From the sequence record DRR723986_22525: a stretch of DNA of 20,000 nucleotides. The stretch is one strand, 5' to 3'. A program made the translations under genes and the position numbers. The notes beneath the pieces were generated by a model. The model did no database searches, was not told the origin of the DNA, and was given only the letters and a program-made list of their open reading frames with translations. Below, one piece after another: positions 1 to 8,250 of this stretch; the stretch's first letter is position 1, and the number at the start of each line of letters is the position of its first letter.

Positions 1-1
1 A

Positions 2-559
2 AATAAAACTCTAGTTCCTTTTTCTATCAGTTGGAAAGTAGGCGAAACAACAATTTCAAAGAATGCTTCTGATTCTCTTAAATTATCAGATTTGAAAGTA
101 TCACAGCAAAAAGAAGTGAAGATCAGTGCTGAAGGATATTTCCCTAAGTCAGTTTTAGTCAGTGAAATCAAAACTGCAGAACCGACAGTGGTACTAATGA
201 CTAAAGCTGAGTCAGGAAGCATGCTTTTACTTGACAAAGTAAGTTTTAAACGAGGAACAGCAGAATTGGAAGGAAGCGACACCAAAGCCTCTTTGACTGA
301 ACTAGCAGGGTTCCTATTGGAAAACCCTGCAATGAAACTCAGAATTCATGGACATACAGATAGTGCTGGAGATCCGGGACTGAATAAGGCACTTTCACTG
401 GACAGAGCAGGAAGTGTACGAGATTTTTTGATAGAGCAAGGAGTGCCTTTTGAAAGTTTGAGGATTTCAGGCTGGGGAGGAACGAGACCGACTGCCTCAA
501 ATGCGACTGAATCGGGTAGGTCTAAGAATAGAAGGGTGGAGCTGGAGGTTGAACGATAG
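2..559 (+). CDS. OmpA/MotB-family peptidoglycan-binding domain protein, 5'-truncated by the window edge
   Basis: Frame is open from position 2 to TAG at 557-559. C-terminal OmpA_C motifs IHGHTDS, N..LS..RA..V, G.G...P and NRRVE. Confidence 0.9.
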   Translation, partial: NKTLVPFSISWKVGETTISKNASDSLKLSDLKVSQQKEVKISAEGYFPKSVLVSEIKTAEPTVVLMTKAESGSMLLLDKVSFKRGTAELEGSDTKASLTELAGFLLENPAMKLRIHGHTDSAGDPGLNKALSLDRAGSVRDFLIEQGVPFESLRISGWGGTRPTASNATESGRSKNRRVELEVER

Positions 560-626
560 GGAGTTGCCAGTGTCAATTTTCAGTCTCAGTTTGATAGGAA
601 AAATATTAGCAGTATTGATAGTTTTT

Positions 627-663
627 AAAAAAGGGCTTTGAAATCAATTTTCAAAGCCCTTTT
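627..663. terminator. Bidirectional intrinsic terminator
   Basis: AAAAGGGCTTTGAAA-TCAAT-TTTCAAAGCCCTTTT: 15-bp inverted repeat with A and T tails, between convergent genes. Confidence 0.9.
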
Positions 664-667
664 CGAT

Positions 668-2125
668 TTATAGAGAAAAGTCTCCTCTGTAATCTCTCTT
701 TACAAATTGATTGGCAGGCTCGAAATTAGTGACCTTCATATTTGGTCCATCCCATACAAGTTTGATACCTCTTCCAGGGTAATCGTATTGATCAGGCTTT
801 CCAGGAGTAGGAGTTCTGTAGTCATAGCTTCTAATAGCAAGATTACCCATCAAAACTGATTCTGTCAATGGTCCTGCAATTGAAAATGGCGAACTCAGGT
901 TCTTATACTCTTTTGATCCATGTCCAGCAATACAAGCTTCAACCCAGTTATTGTAGTGACCATTATCTCCACCCGGAACTCTATAAAGCGTCTCTGGTAC
1001 ATTTATGTCTTTTGTCTTGGAAGTTGGAAGAAGTTGTGGATTGATTCCATAGGTAGAGCACATCATTTTTCCTTTTGTACCTTCTATGATTACTCCATTT
1101 CCACCATCACCCATTTGTTCATTAGGAGCTAATTCTTCAGGTCTGTTTGGCTGAATACCACCATCCATCCAGTGGAATTCAAGATCTTCCTTGCCTGGTC
1201 TGTCAAATCTCAAAGTAATGTGAGAAGATGGAGGGCAGCTATCAGGAAAATATCCTCTCTGGAATTCTCCAACATACACAGATCCAACTGAGCATTCAGC
1301 TGATTTCGGATAGCCCAATCCAAGAACACGGAAAGGTGGTTCCATTATATGACAAGCCATATCACCAAGAGCACCAGTTCCATAATCCCACCAACCTCTC
1401 CAATTAAACGGCACCAAGTTTCCTACATAATCTTTATAAGGAGCAGTTCCCAGCCAAAGATCCCAATCCAAATCGGATGGAGGAGTTACTGGCTCTTTTG
1501 GCCATTGGATACCTTGTGGCCAAACAGGTCTATTTGTCCAAGAGTAAACCTTAGTCGCTTCACCTATTAGTCCAGCTTCATACCATTCAACCATTTTACG
1601 AACCCCATCTCCTGAAGAACCTTGGTTTCCCATTTGAGTGACGACCTTGTATTTTTCAGCAGCCTGTGTGAGCATTCTAGCCTCGTAGATATCGTGAGCA
1701 AGGGGTTTTTGTACATAGACATGTTTTCCCATCTTCATGGCTGCCATAGCCGCTACAGCGTGGGTGTGATCAGGAGTAGAAACTGTGACTGCGTCAATAT
1801 TATTCTGTTCCTTCTCCAGCATCTCTCTGAAGTCTTTGTAGTATTTCGCTTTAGGGTGTAGTTCCCTGCTACCTTTTGCTCTAGAGTCATCCACATCACA
1901 AAGGGCAATAAAATCAGCCTTTTCAGTTCGGGTAATTCCGCGGACATCTCCACCACCCATGCCACCAACTCCAATACTTGCTACTCGAAGTTTGTCACTT
2001 GGAGCAATAAAACCTGGTCCACCTAGGACATTTCTTGGGACAATGTAAAATCCGGCAGCAGTCAAGGCAGCACCCTTAAGGAATTTTCTCCGAGAGCTCC
2101 CAGAACCTGAGCTATTATTTTTCAT
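668..2125 (-). CDS. Tat-exported Gfo/Idh/MocA-family NAD-dependent oxidoreductase (putative glycoside dehydrogenase)
   Basis: Twin-arginine SRRKFLK signal, Rossmann motif IGVGGMG, STPDHTH, HVYVQKP, GALGDMACH. Confidence 0.9.
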   Translation of the reverse strand: MKNNSSGSGSSRRKFLKGAALTAAGFYIVPRNVLGGPGFIAPSDKLRVASIGVGGMGGGDVRGITRTEKADFIALCDVDDSRAKGSRELHPKAKYYKDFREMLEKEQNNIDAVTVSTPDHTHAVAAMAAMKMGKHVYVQKPLAHDIYEARMLTQAAEKYKVVTQMGNQGSSGDGVRKMVEWYEAGLIGEATKVYSWTNRPVWPQGIQWPKEPVTPPSDLDWDLWLGTAPYKDYVGNLVPFNWRGWWDYGTGALGDMACHIMEPPFRVLGLGYPKSAECSVGSVYVGEFQRGYFPDSCPPSSHITLRFDRPGKEDLEFHWMDGGIQPNRPEELAPNEQMGDGGNGVIIEGTKGKMMCSTYGINPQLLPTSKTKDINVPETLYRVPGGDNGHYNNWVEACIAGHGSKEYKNLSSPFSIAGPLTESVLMGNLAIRSYDYRTPTPGKPDQYDYPGRGIKLVWDGPNMKVTNFEPANQFVKRDYRGDFSL

Positions 2126-2181
2126 TAGTTTACTAGTTATGTTAAAGAGGGTTTTTGAAATTTTTCAGTAATTACTTTCTA

Positions 2182-2280
2182 AAATGAATAATTCATTTCA
2201 CTAAGCGAAATTTGAAATTATTAAAAACTCAGCATATTACTGAACCCATTTATAAAAATACTGCTGGTAATACTGAGTTT
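2182..2280. promoter_or_regulatory. Palindromic operator candidates in the divergent intergenic region
   Basis: Perfect AAATGAAT-A-ATTCATTT (2182-2198) and imperfect inverted repeat AAACTCAG[CA]TATTAC (2225-2240) / GTAATACTGAGTTT (2267-2280). Confidence 0.4.
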
Positions 2281-2380
2281 ACTTTTAATGAACTGCAATT
2301 ATTCCGTTTTATTATAATTTCAATTAGCTACTGTAAGCTTATTAAAAAAAATAAATTAAGTTTACCCAAATCTTAACTCT

Positions 2381-3979
2381 ATGAAATACTCTATTTGGAC
2401 ATTTGCTGTACTTGCAGCATTTTCTATCAGTTCCTGCCAATCACCAATAGCTGTAAAACTGGATGAAACTGGCATCATTCCTATTCCAACTTCAATAGCT
2501 CCATCATCAGGTGGTTTTGAAATCACTTCTAATTCCTCGATTCAATTGATTGGCAGTGGCGAAGATTTAGCGAGAGTTGGAGGTTATTTGGCTGATAGAT
2601 TACGTCCTGCAACTGGTTTTGAACTTCCGGTTTCAGCTGAAAATGGTGATTTGATTTTAGAGTTGACTTCTGGAGCGGCTTCTGAGAAATATACTATTGA
2701 AATCTCGGATGAACATGTGAAGATTTCATCAACCTCTGCAGCTGGCCTTTATTATGGCATGCAAACATTAATTAAGGCGTTACCTGTTGAAATTGAAAAT
2801 ACTTCTGTAGTAGATATAGATTGGACAATAGGGAATGGTAAGATTGAAGATCAGCCTGAATTTTCTTACAGGGGTTCAATGCTAGATGTAGCCAGACACT
2901 TTATAAGTTTGGAAGATGTAAAGCATTACATCGACCAGATGGGAAGTTTGAAGTTGAATTACCTGCATTTGCATCTTTCAGATGATCAAGGATGGAGAAT
3001 AGAAATTAAATCATGGCCGAAATTGACTGAGATTGGAGGCAAAACTGAAGTTGGCGGTACCGAGGGAGGTTTTTACTCTCAAGAGGATTACAAAGAGATT
3101 GTAAAATACGCAGCAGATCGATTTATTACTGTTGTACCTGAAATTGATATGCCAGGCCATACAAATGCTGCATTGGCATCTTATGCGGAATTAAACCCAG
3201 GAGTGAATTTACCAGATGGAGATTTTGCTACCCTGAAGGAAGGGCAAATTGACTTTGATATCCTTGATAAGAACCCTCAACCAGCAGAGCTTTATACGGG
3301 CATTGAAGTGGGCTTCAGTACATTTGCGACCAATAAAGAGGTTACTTATACCTTTGTAGAAGATGTGATTAAAGAACTTGTGGAACTTACACCTGGACCC
3401 TACATTCACATTGGTGGTGATGAATCGCATGTGACTGAAAAAGATGATTACATCTATTTCGTAGAGCGAGTTCAGGAGATTGTTACCAAATATGGTAAGA
3501 CTAGCATAGGGTGGGATGAAATAGCCACAGCTAAACTAGCTCCTGGTTCAGTGGCTCAATTTTGGGCATTGGAGGAAAATGCCATGTTGGCCAAAGAACA
3601 AGGAAATCAAATCCTGATGTCACCAGCAAAGCGGGCATATTTAGATATGCAGTATGATTCCACTTCAAGAATTGGTCTTCACTGGGCAGCATATATAGAG
3701 CTTGATGATTCCTATAATTGGGATCCGGCTACCTATGCAGATGGGATAAATAAGTCTGACATTCTTGGAGTAGAAGCTCCACTATGGACCGAAACGATTA
3801 CTAACCGTGCGGATATCGAATACATGGCATTTCCTAGATTGGCAGCTTTGGCTGAAGTGTCTTGGTCAAGTACTGAACGGAGAAATTGGGATGATTTCAA
3901 AAAAAGAATTGCAATGCAAGGTAAACGTTGGGATATCAATGGGATAGATTTCTATCGTTCTCCAAAAGTCGATTGGTAA
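2381..3979 (+). CDS. GH20 beta-N-acetylhexosaminidase, lipoprotein
   Basis: Lipobox-like ISSC; RGSMLDVARHF, HLHLSDDQGWR, PEIDMPGH, catalytic HIGGDE, LWTE and FPRLAALAE motifs. Confidence 0.95.
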   Translation: MKYSIWTFAVLAAFSISSCQSPIAVKLDETGIIPIPTSIAPSSGGFEITSNSSIQLIGSGEDLARVGGYLADRLRPATGFELPVSAENGDLILELTSGAASEKYTIEISDEHVKISSTSAAGLYYGMQTLIKALPVEIENTSVVDIDWTIGNGKIEDQPEFSYRGSMLDVARHFISLEDVKHYIDQMGSLKLNYLHLHLSDDQGWRIEIKSWPKLTEIGGKTEVGGTEGGFYSQEDYKEIVKYAADRFITVVPEIDMPGHTNAALASYAELNPGVNLPDGDFATLKEGQIDFDILDKNPQPAELYTGIEVGFSTFATNKEVTYTFVEDVIKELVELTPGPYIHIGGDESHVTEKDDYIYFVERVQEIVTKYGKTSIGWDEIATAKLAPGSVAQFWALEENAMLAKEQGNQILMSPAKRAYLDMQYDSTSRIGLHWAAYIELDDSYNWDPATYADGINKSDILGVEAPLWTETITNRADIEYMAFPRLAALAEVSWSSTERRNWDDFKKRIAMQGKRWDINGIDFYRSPKVDW

Positions 3980-3998
3980 TCATTACAAGCGAATTTTG

Positions 3999-4026
3999 AA
4001 ACCCGGCTTCTGTCGGGTTTTTGTTT
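3999..4026 (+). terminator. Intrinsic terminator after the GH20 gene
   Basis: AAACCCGGC-TTCT-GTCGGGTTT hairpin followed by TTGTTT. Confidence 0.85.
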
Positions 4027-4129
4027 GCTAAGCTGTCTATATTCTTTGATTTTCATTAAAATGAACCTAATATGGACCTTAATTTTAAAATCACACAATC
4101 AATTAGATTGCTTTAACTAGAATATTTTT

Positions 4130-5479
4130 ATGGGCGATTATATTATATCCTTTGCTGACTGGATTTGGGGTACACCAATGCTTGTTATTTTAATGGGAGG
4201 TGGACTTATTCTTCTGGTGCATTCAGGGTTTGTGCCTTTTCGGAAGATTGGACATGCCATAAGTTTGCTGAGAGGAAAATATGATGATAGTTTAATGCCT
4301 GGACAGATATCCTCATTTCAGGCATTATCGTCAGCAATTGCTGCAACGGTAGGATTGGGGAATATCAGTGGTGTTGCTATTGCAATTAATATGGGCGGTC
4401 CAGGTGCAATTTTTTGGATGTGGGTTTCAGCATTTGTAGGTATGGCAACCAAATTTTACACCTGTAGCCTTGCAATCATGTACCGGGGGAAAGATTCCGA
4501 AGGGCAACTCCAAGGTGGTCCCATGTATGTAATTGAAGAGGGGATGGGTAAAAAGTGGAAATTCCTTTCTATTATTTTTTGTACAGCTGGAGTCTTGGGG
4601 TTGCTCGCTATTTTCCAAGCTAATCAATTAACAGCAGTACTTCGAACAGTCATTTTAGAGCCTGCCGGCTTAGATGAAGGGGATAAAACGCGTTGGATCA
4701 TAGGAATTACGATGATGGTATTAGTTGCTATTGTAATTCTAGGAGGTATCAAAAGAATTGCTGGAGTAGCTTCTAAGATGGTGCCTTTTATGGTTGGACT
4801 TTATTTTGTCACAGTGATCATTATTGTATTCAAATACATTGGTGATGTGCCTGAAATGTTGTTGAAAATTGTTACTGATGCATTTACTGGAGAAGCGATT
4901 GCCGGAGGTGCAGTTGGAGCTGTAATTATTATTGGAGCCCGTAGGGCAGCTTTTTCTAATGAAGCCGGTATAGGAACAGCTCCTATGGTTCATGGTGCTT
5001 CCAAAAATAACGAGCCTATTCGAGAAGGTTTGATTGCCATGCTCGGGCCATTTATTGACACAATTGTAGTATGTACACTTACTGCTTTGGTGATTATGCT
5101 GACAGGAGTTTGGGAATCAACAGAGAAAGATGGGGTGCGTTTAACATTGGCAGCATTTGACTTGGCACTTCCTTATTATGGTAGATACCTCCTCATGATT
5201 GCAGTGTTAGTTTTTGCTTTATCTACCATGTTTACCTATTCTTATTATGGTCACAAATGCTTTGGTTATCTATTTGGAGCAAAAAGAGCAGATTATTACA
5301 ATTACTTCTATTTGATTACTATAGTGGCTGGTGCAGTAGCATCGCTCGATGTGGTAATCAGTTTGGTAGATGGTATGTATGCAATTATGGCCGTACCAAC
5401 GATGATTTCGACAATTTACCTTGCTCCCAAAGTAAGGATTGCAATGAAGGATTATTTTCTCAGAATGAAAAAAGCGTAA
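4130..5479 (+). CDS. Alanine/glycine:cation symporter (AGCS/AlsT family)
   Basis: Polytopic membrane protein with TVGLGNISGVA, GGPGAIFWMW, GGPMY, FSNEAGIGTAP and FIDTIVVCTLT motifs. Confidence 0.95.
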   Translation: MGDYIISFADWIWGTPMLVILMGGGLILLVHSGFVPFRKIGHAISLLRGKYDDSLMPGQISSFQALSSAIAATVGLGNISGVAIAINMGGPGAIFWMWVSAFVGMATKFYTCSLAIMYRGKDSEGQLQGGPMYVIEEGMGKKWKFLSIIFCTAGVLGLLAIFQANQLTAVLRTVILEPAGLDEGDKTRWIIGITMMVLVAIVILGGIKRIAGVASKMVPFMVGLYFVTVIIIVFKYIGDVPEMLLKIVTDAFTGEAIAGGAVGAVIIIGARRAAFSNEAGIGTAPMVHGASKNNEPIREGLIAMLGPFIDTIVVCTLTALVIMLTGVWESTEKDGVRLTLAAFDLALPYYGRYLLMIAVLVFALSTMFTYSYYGHKCFGYLFGAKRADYYNYFYLITIVAGAVASLDVVISLVDGMYAIMAVPTMISTIYLAPKVRIAMKDYFLRMKKA

Positions 5480-5482
5480 TAT

Positions 5483-6586
5483 ATGAATGTCTTAATTTCT
5501 CCAAATGCATTTAAAGGCACTATGACTGCCCGCGAAGCTGGAGAAGTTATAAGAGAATATATTGAGAGTGAATATCCTAATATCTCGACTACGTTACTTC
5601 CTATTGCAGATGGAGGTGACGGTACTTGCGAACTACTTACAGAAATACTTCAGTTAGAGAAAAAGACGATATGGTCTCTGGATGCTTTTGGTAGAGCGAT
5701 TCCTTGTTCGTATGGATGGGATGACTCGTTAAAAAAGGCCTATATAGACGTTTCAATGGCTTCAGGAGTTGCTTCTTTGCAGAGTGAGGAATTGGATCCA
5801 TATGTATCTTCAAGCTATGGTACGGGGCTACTAGTACGTGATGCCATTAATCTTGGAGCTGAAGAGATCATATTAGGTTTGGGAGGTAGCGCCACTATTG
5901 ATCTTGGAGTTGGGATATTGTCTGAATTGGGAATTGGATTTTTGGATAAAAATGGGAGAGAATTAACTAAGTATTCACCTCAATTTTTATCTAAAATCAA
6001 TCATATCCAGAAATCCACCAGGATTCCAAAAGTTAAATTCACTTGTCTTTGCGATGTGAAGAATACCTTTTTTGGACAAAGGGGGGCTGTTCCTGTTTTT
6101 GGCCCCCAAAAGGGACTTCTACCTGAGCAAATTGAATCCTATGAATTAATCTGTGAATCCGTAGTTAGCCACCTTTTCACCAAACAAAAAAAAGTTTTTG
6201 AAGATAAGTCAGGTTTTGGTGCAGCTGGGGGCATTGCCTTAGGGTTATCTGTTTTTTTCGAAACAGAGGTTAAGTTTGGATCAGATTATTTTTTTGAAAA
6301 AGTAGATTTGGAATCTAAAGTAAATTGGGCAGATAGAATTATTACAGGTGAGGGAAGATATGATGATCAATCTGCTGAAGGAAAAGCATGCTATGAATTA
6401 ATGAAACTAGCCCGTCACAGGAATAAAAAAATAGCTTTGATCACATCCGGGACAGATCCTGGAGCGAAGAAATTCGATTTAGTACTCACATTGCCTGATT
6501 TGGATTTTTCCCAAATTGATTATAGAAAAAAGTCGAGAGAAAACCTTAGGCATATACTTGACAAGGGATTTACTGTGAACTTTTAA
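5483..6586 (+). CDS. Glycerate kinase (GlxK/GarK family)
   Basis: PNAFKGTM, PIADGGDGT, LGLGGSAT.D.G.G, FGPQKG, GAAGG and ITGEGRYD.QS..GK motifs; starts 3 bp after the symporter stop. Confidence 0.93.
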   Translation: MNVLISPNAFKGTMTAREAGEVIREYIESEYPNISTTLLPIADGGDGTCELLTEILQLEKKTIWSLDAFGRAIPCSYGWDDSLKKAYIDVSMASGVASLQSEELDPYVSSSYGTGLLVRDAINLGAEEIILGLGGSATIDLGVGILSELGIGFLDKNGRELTKYSPQFLSKINHIQKSTRIPKVKFTCLCDVKNTFFGQRGAVPVFGPQKGLLPEQIESYELICESVVSHLFTKQKKVFEDKSGFGAAGGIALGLSVFFETEVKFGSDYFFEKVDLESKVNWADRIITGEGRYDDQSAEGKACYELMKLARHRNKKIALITSGTDPGAKKFDLVLTLPDLDFSQIDYRKKSRENLRHILDKGFTVNF

Positions 6587-6596
6587 ATCATTCGGA

Positions 6597-7037
6597 TTAC
6601 ACCCGATGATGATCGGCCTGCCAATTACTAACACTTTTCTTAATCTCTTTAGGTGTCGTATTTTCCTGTATAGTTTTATCAATCAATGCTAATAGTTCAT
6701 CATCTCCTGCGAATCTCAATGCAATGATTTGGCTAGGAGATAGTTTGTTTTCCTTTTCATAAAATGATTTACCAGTTAATTGGAAGTAGCGTTGTCTCAT
6801 TTCCATTCTAATAATTCGATTCTGGTTTTTAATAGCATAGATTCGTGGGAGGTAGGAAATTAATAAAATGATAAGGCCCAATAAAATAAAATAGAGGCTG
6901 TCAGATGCAGATTGATGACTATTGAAGTCTATTCTGAATATCGTCCAGCCCAGGAATAAAAGCCCCATGGGCATAATTATAAAGTGATGTAATGGGTAAT
7001 ATTTAGCGTGATTCTGGAAATTCTGAGTTTTTGACAT
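6597..7037 (-). CDS. DUF6526-like small membrane protein (alternative start at 7049)
   Basis: QNF.NH..YYPLHHF N-terminus, two hydrophobic helices, Q.RIIR.EMR.RY, QIIALRFA.D.EL and W.AD.HRV end, recalled as typical of this family. Confidence 0.75.
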   Translation of the reverse strand: MSKTQNFQNHAKYYPLHHFIIMPMGLLFLGWTIFRIDFNSHQSASDSLYFILLGLIILLISYLPRIYAIKNQNRIIRMEMRQRYFQLTGKSFYEKENKLSPSQIIALRFAGDDELLALIDKTIQENTTPKEIKKSVSNWQADHHRV

Positions 7038-7049
7038 GATTTTGGGCAT

Positions 7050-7075
7050 AAAAAAAGGAGGTGCGAACCTCCTTT
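7050..7075 (-). terminator. Intrinsic terminator (minus strand) downstream of the small ORFs
   Basis: Minus strand reads AAAGGAGGT-TCGC-ACCTCC-TTTTTTT: perfect stem, 4-nt loop, 7-U tail. Confidence 0.85.
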
Positions 7076-7092
7076 AAATAAGTTATAAGATA

Positions 7093-7242
7093 TTAATGAT
7101 CAGCCTTTTTCTTCTTAGTGAAGGTGCTTCTAGTATCAATTGCAGTGATTCCGGCTCCAAGACCGATTAATACACATACAATCACTAGGAAAGTTTGAGC
7201 CCCTCCAGCAAGTGGAGAAGTGAATACGTCTAATAGTATCAT
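7093..7242 (-). CDS. 49-aa single-pass membrane microprotein (not in the ORF track)
   Basis: Manual translation MILLDVFTSPLAGGAQTFLVIVCVLIGLGAGITAIDTRSTFTKKKKADH*. One hydrophobic helix followed by a lysine cluster; terminator 17 bp downstream. Confidence 0.75.
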   Translation of the reverse strand: MILLDVFTSPLAGGAQTFLVIVCVLIGLGAGITAIDTRSTFTKKKKADH

Positions 7243-7303
7243 GATCAATTTTTTGAATTTCTAAAGATGCCCGAAGATAATTTCTTAACTCCAAATAATC
7301 AAG

Positions 7304-7483
7304 TTAATCGAATTGATCATCATCGAAATCTTCATCATCTTCTTCTTCGTCGAAGTCTATGATGGTATCATCGGCAAACTCATTGTCTTCGTCTAGATCA
7401 TATTCGTCTTCGAAATCATTACCGAAATCATCATCATCATTGAAGTTGTCATCATCTTCGAAATCGTCGTCAAAATCCTCCAT
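7304..7483 (-). CDS. 59-aa hyper-acidic peptide (not in the ORF track)
   Basis: Manual translation MEDFDDDFEDDDNFNDDDDFGNDFEDEYDLDEDNEFADDTIIDFDEEEDDEDFDDDQFD*. Mixed synonymous codons (GAT/GAC, GAA/GAG, TTT/TTC); an in-frame stop three codons upstream fixes the ATG. Confidence 0.8.
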   Translation of the reverse strand: MEDFDDDFEDDDNFNDDDDFGNDFEDEYDLDEDNEFADDTIIDFDEEEDDEDFDDDQFD

Positions 7484-7723
7484 AGTAGTTTAGATAGGGG
7501 TTTTTAATAGTTGAACGTCACGAATTAAAGTAAAAAATCATTTCGCACCATACAGTTGGGATATTTTTTTTTAAACTTTTTTCAGGCCAGTTCTATTTGC
7601 TAGTTTGCAATTTCACATGATCTTCATTCCAATGAATTCAATAATCTACCGAGCACTAAATGAGGGAACTCTATAATCTGGTTGAAATTATTAGAAGGTC
7701 CAATGCACATTGGCAAAAACAGC

Positions 7724-7749
7724 AAAAAATATGACCCAATTGAGGGTCA
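7724..7749 (-). terminator. Possible terminator overlapping the receiver-gene stop
   Basis: Minus strand TGACCC-TCAATT-GGGTCA followed by TATTTTTT. Confidence 0.45.
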
Positions 7750-8103
7750 GTTGAAAATTGATTTGATGTATTTTTTAATCAATGGTTTTGATAGATAATC
7801 TTTAACAACGCTATACCTGCTAGCCTTATTAATATCTCTTTCATCTACTGAACTGCTCAAGATGTAGATTTGAGCTTCGTTTTTATCTGAATTGAATAAG
7901 TCCAGGAAATCCCAGCCAGTCATTTCTGGCATATTTAGATCTAAAAAAAGATAATTGGCTTTAATGGAATAGATTTCCTCTAGTGCCACTCGGGCACTCT
8001 GATACTTATAAAATTGACATGGCTCTTTCACATTTCTTGAAATGAGTTTTTCAGTAACAAATGTACTGATCGGATCGTCATCTATAAGGACTATTGTAAG
8101 CAT
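7747..8103 (-). CDS. Single-domain response regulator (CheY-like receiver)
   Basis: From ATG 8103: LIDDD acidic pocket, FLDLNMPEMTGWDFL phosphoacceptor, ILSSS, YLSKPL. The track's extension to 8253 is not receiver-like. Confidence 0.92.
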   Translation of the reverse strand: MLTIVLIDDDPISTFVTEKLISRNVKEPCQFYKYQSARVALEEIYSIKANYLFLDLNMPEMTGWDFLDLFNSDKNEAQIYILSSSVDERDINKASRYSVVKDYLSKPLIKKYIKSIFN

Positions 8104-8250
8104 TAAGTGCAAAAATTCGTGGCTGAAATACAATATTGCTAGTACAAAATTAGTAGTTAATTGTACTTTTACAAATATTTTGCCAAATAAGAGCCGAAAA
8201 GAATTTATATTTTTGTGTATAAACGCGATGCAATTAGGGCAATCGCACTG

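Noticed and set aside
7310-7480. (TCA/TCT)n-like simple repeat or CRISPR-like array
   Set aside because: No fixed repeat-spacer structure; the periodicity is explained by Asp/Glu codons on the minus strand.
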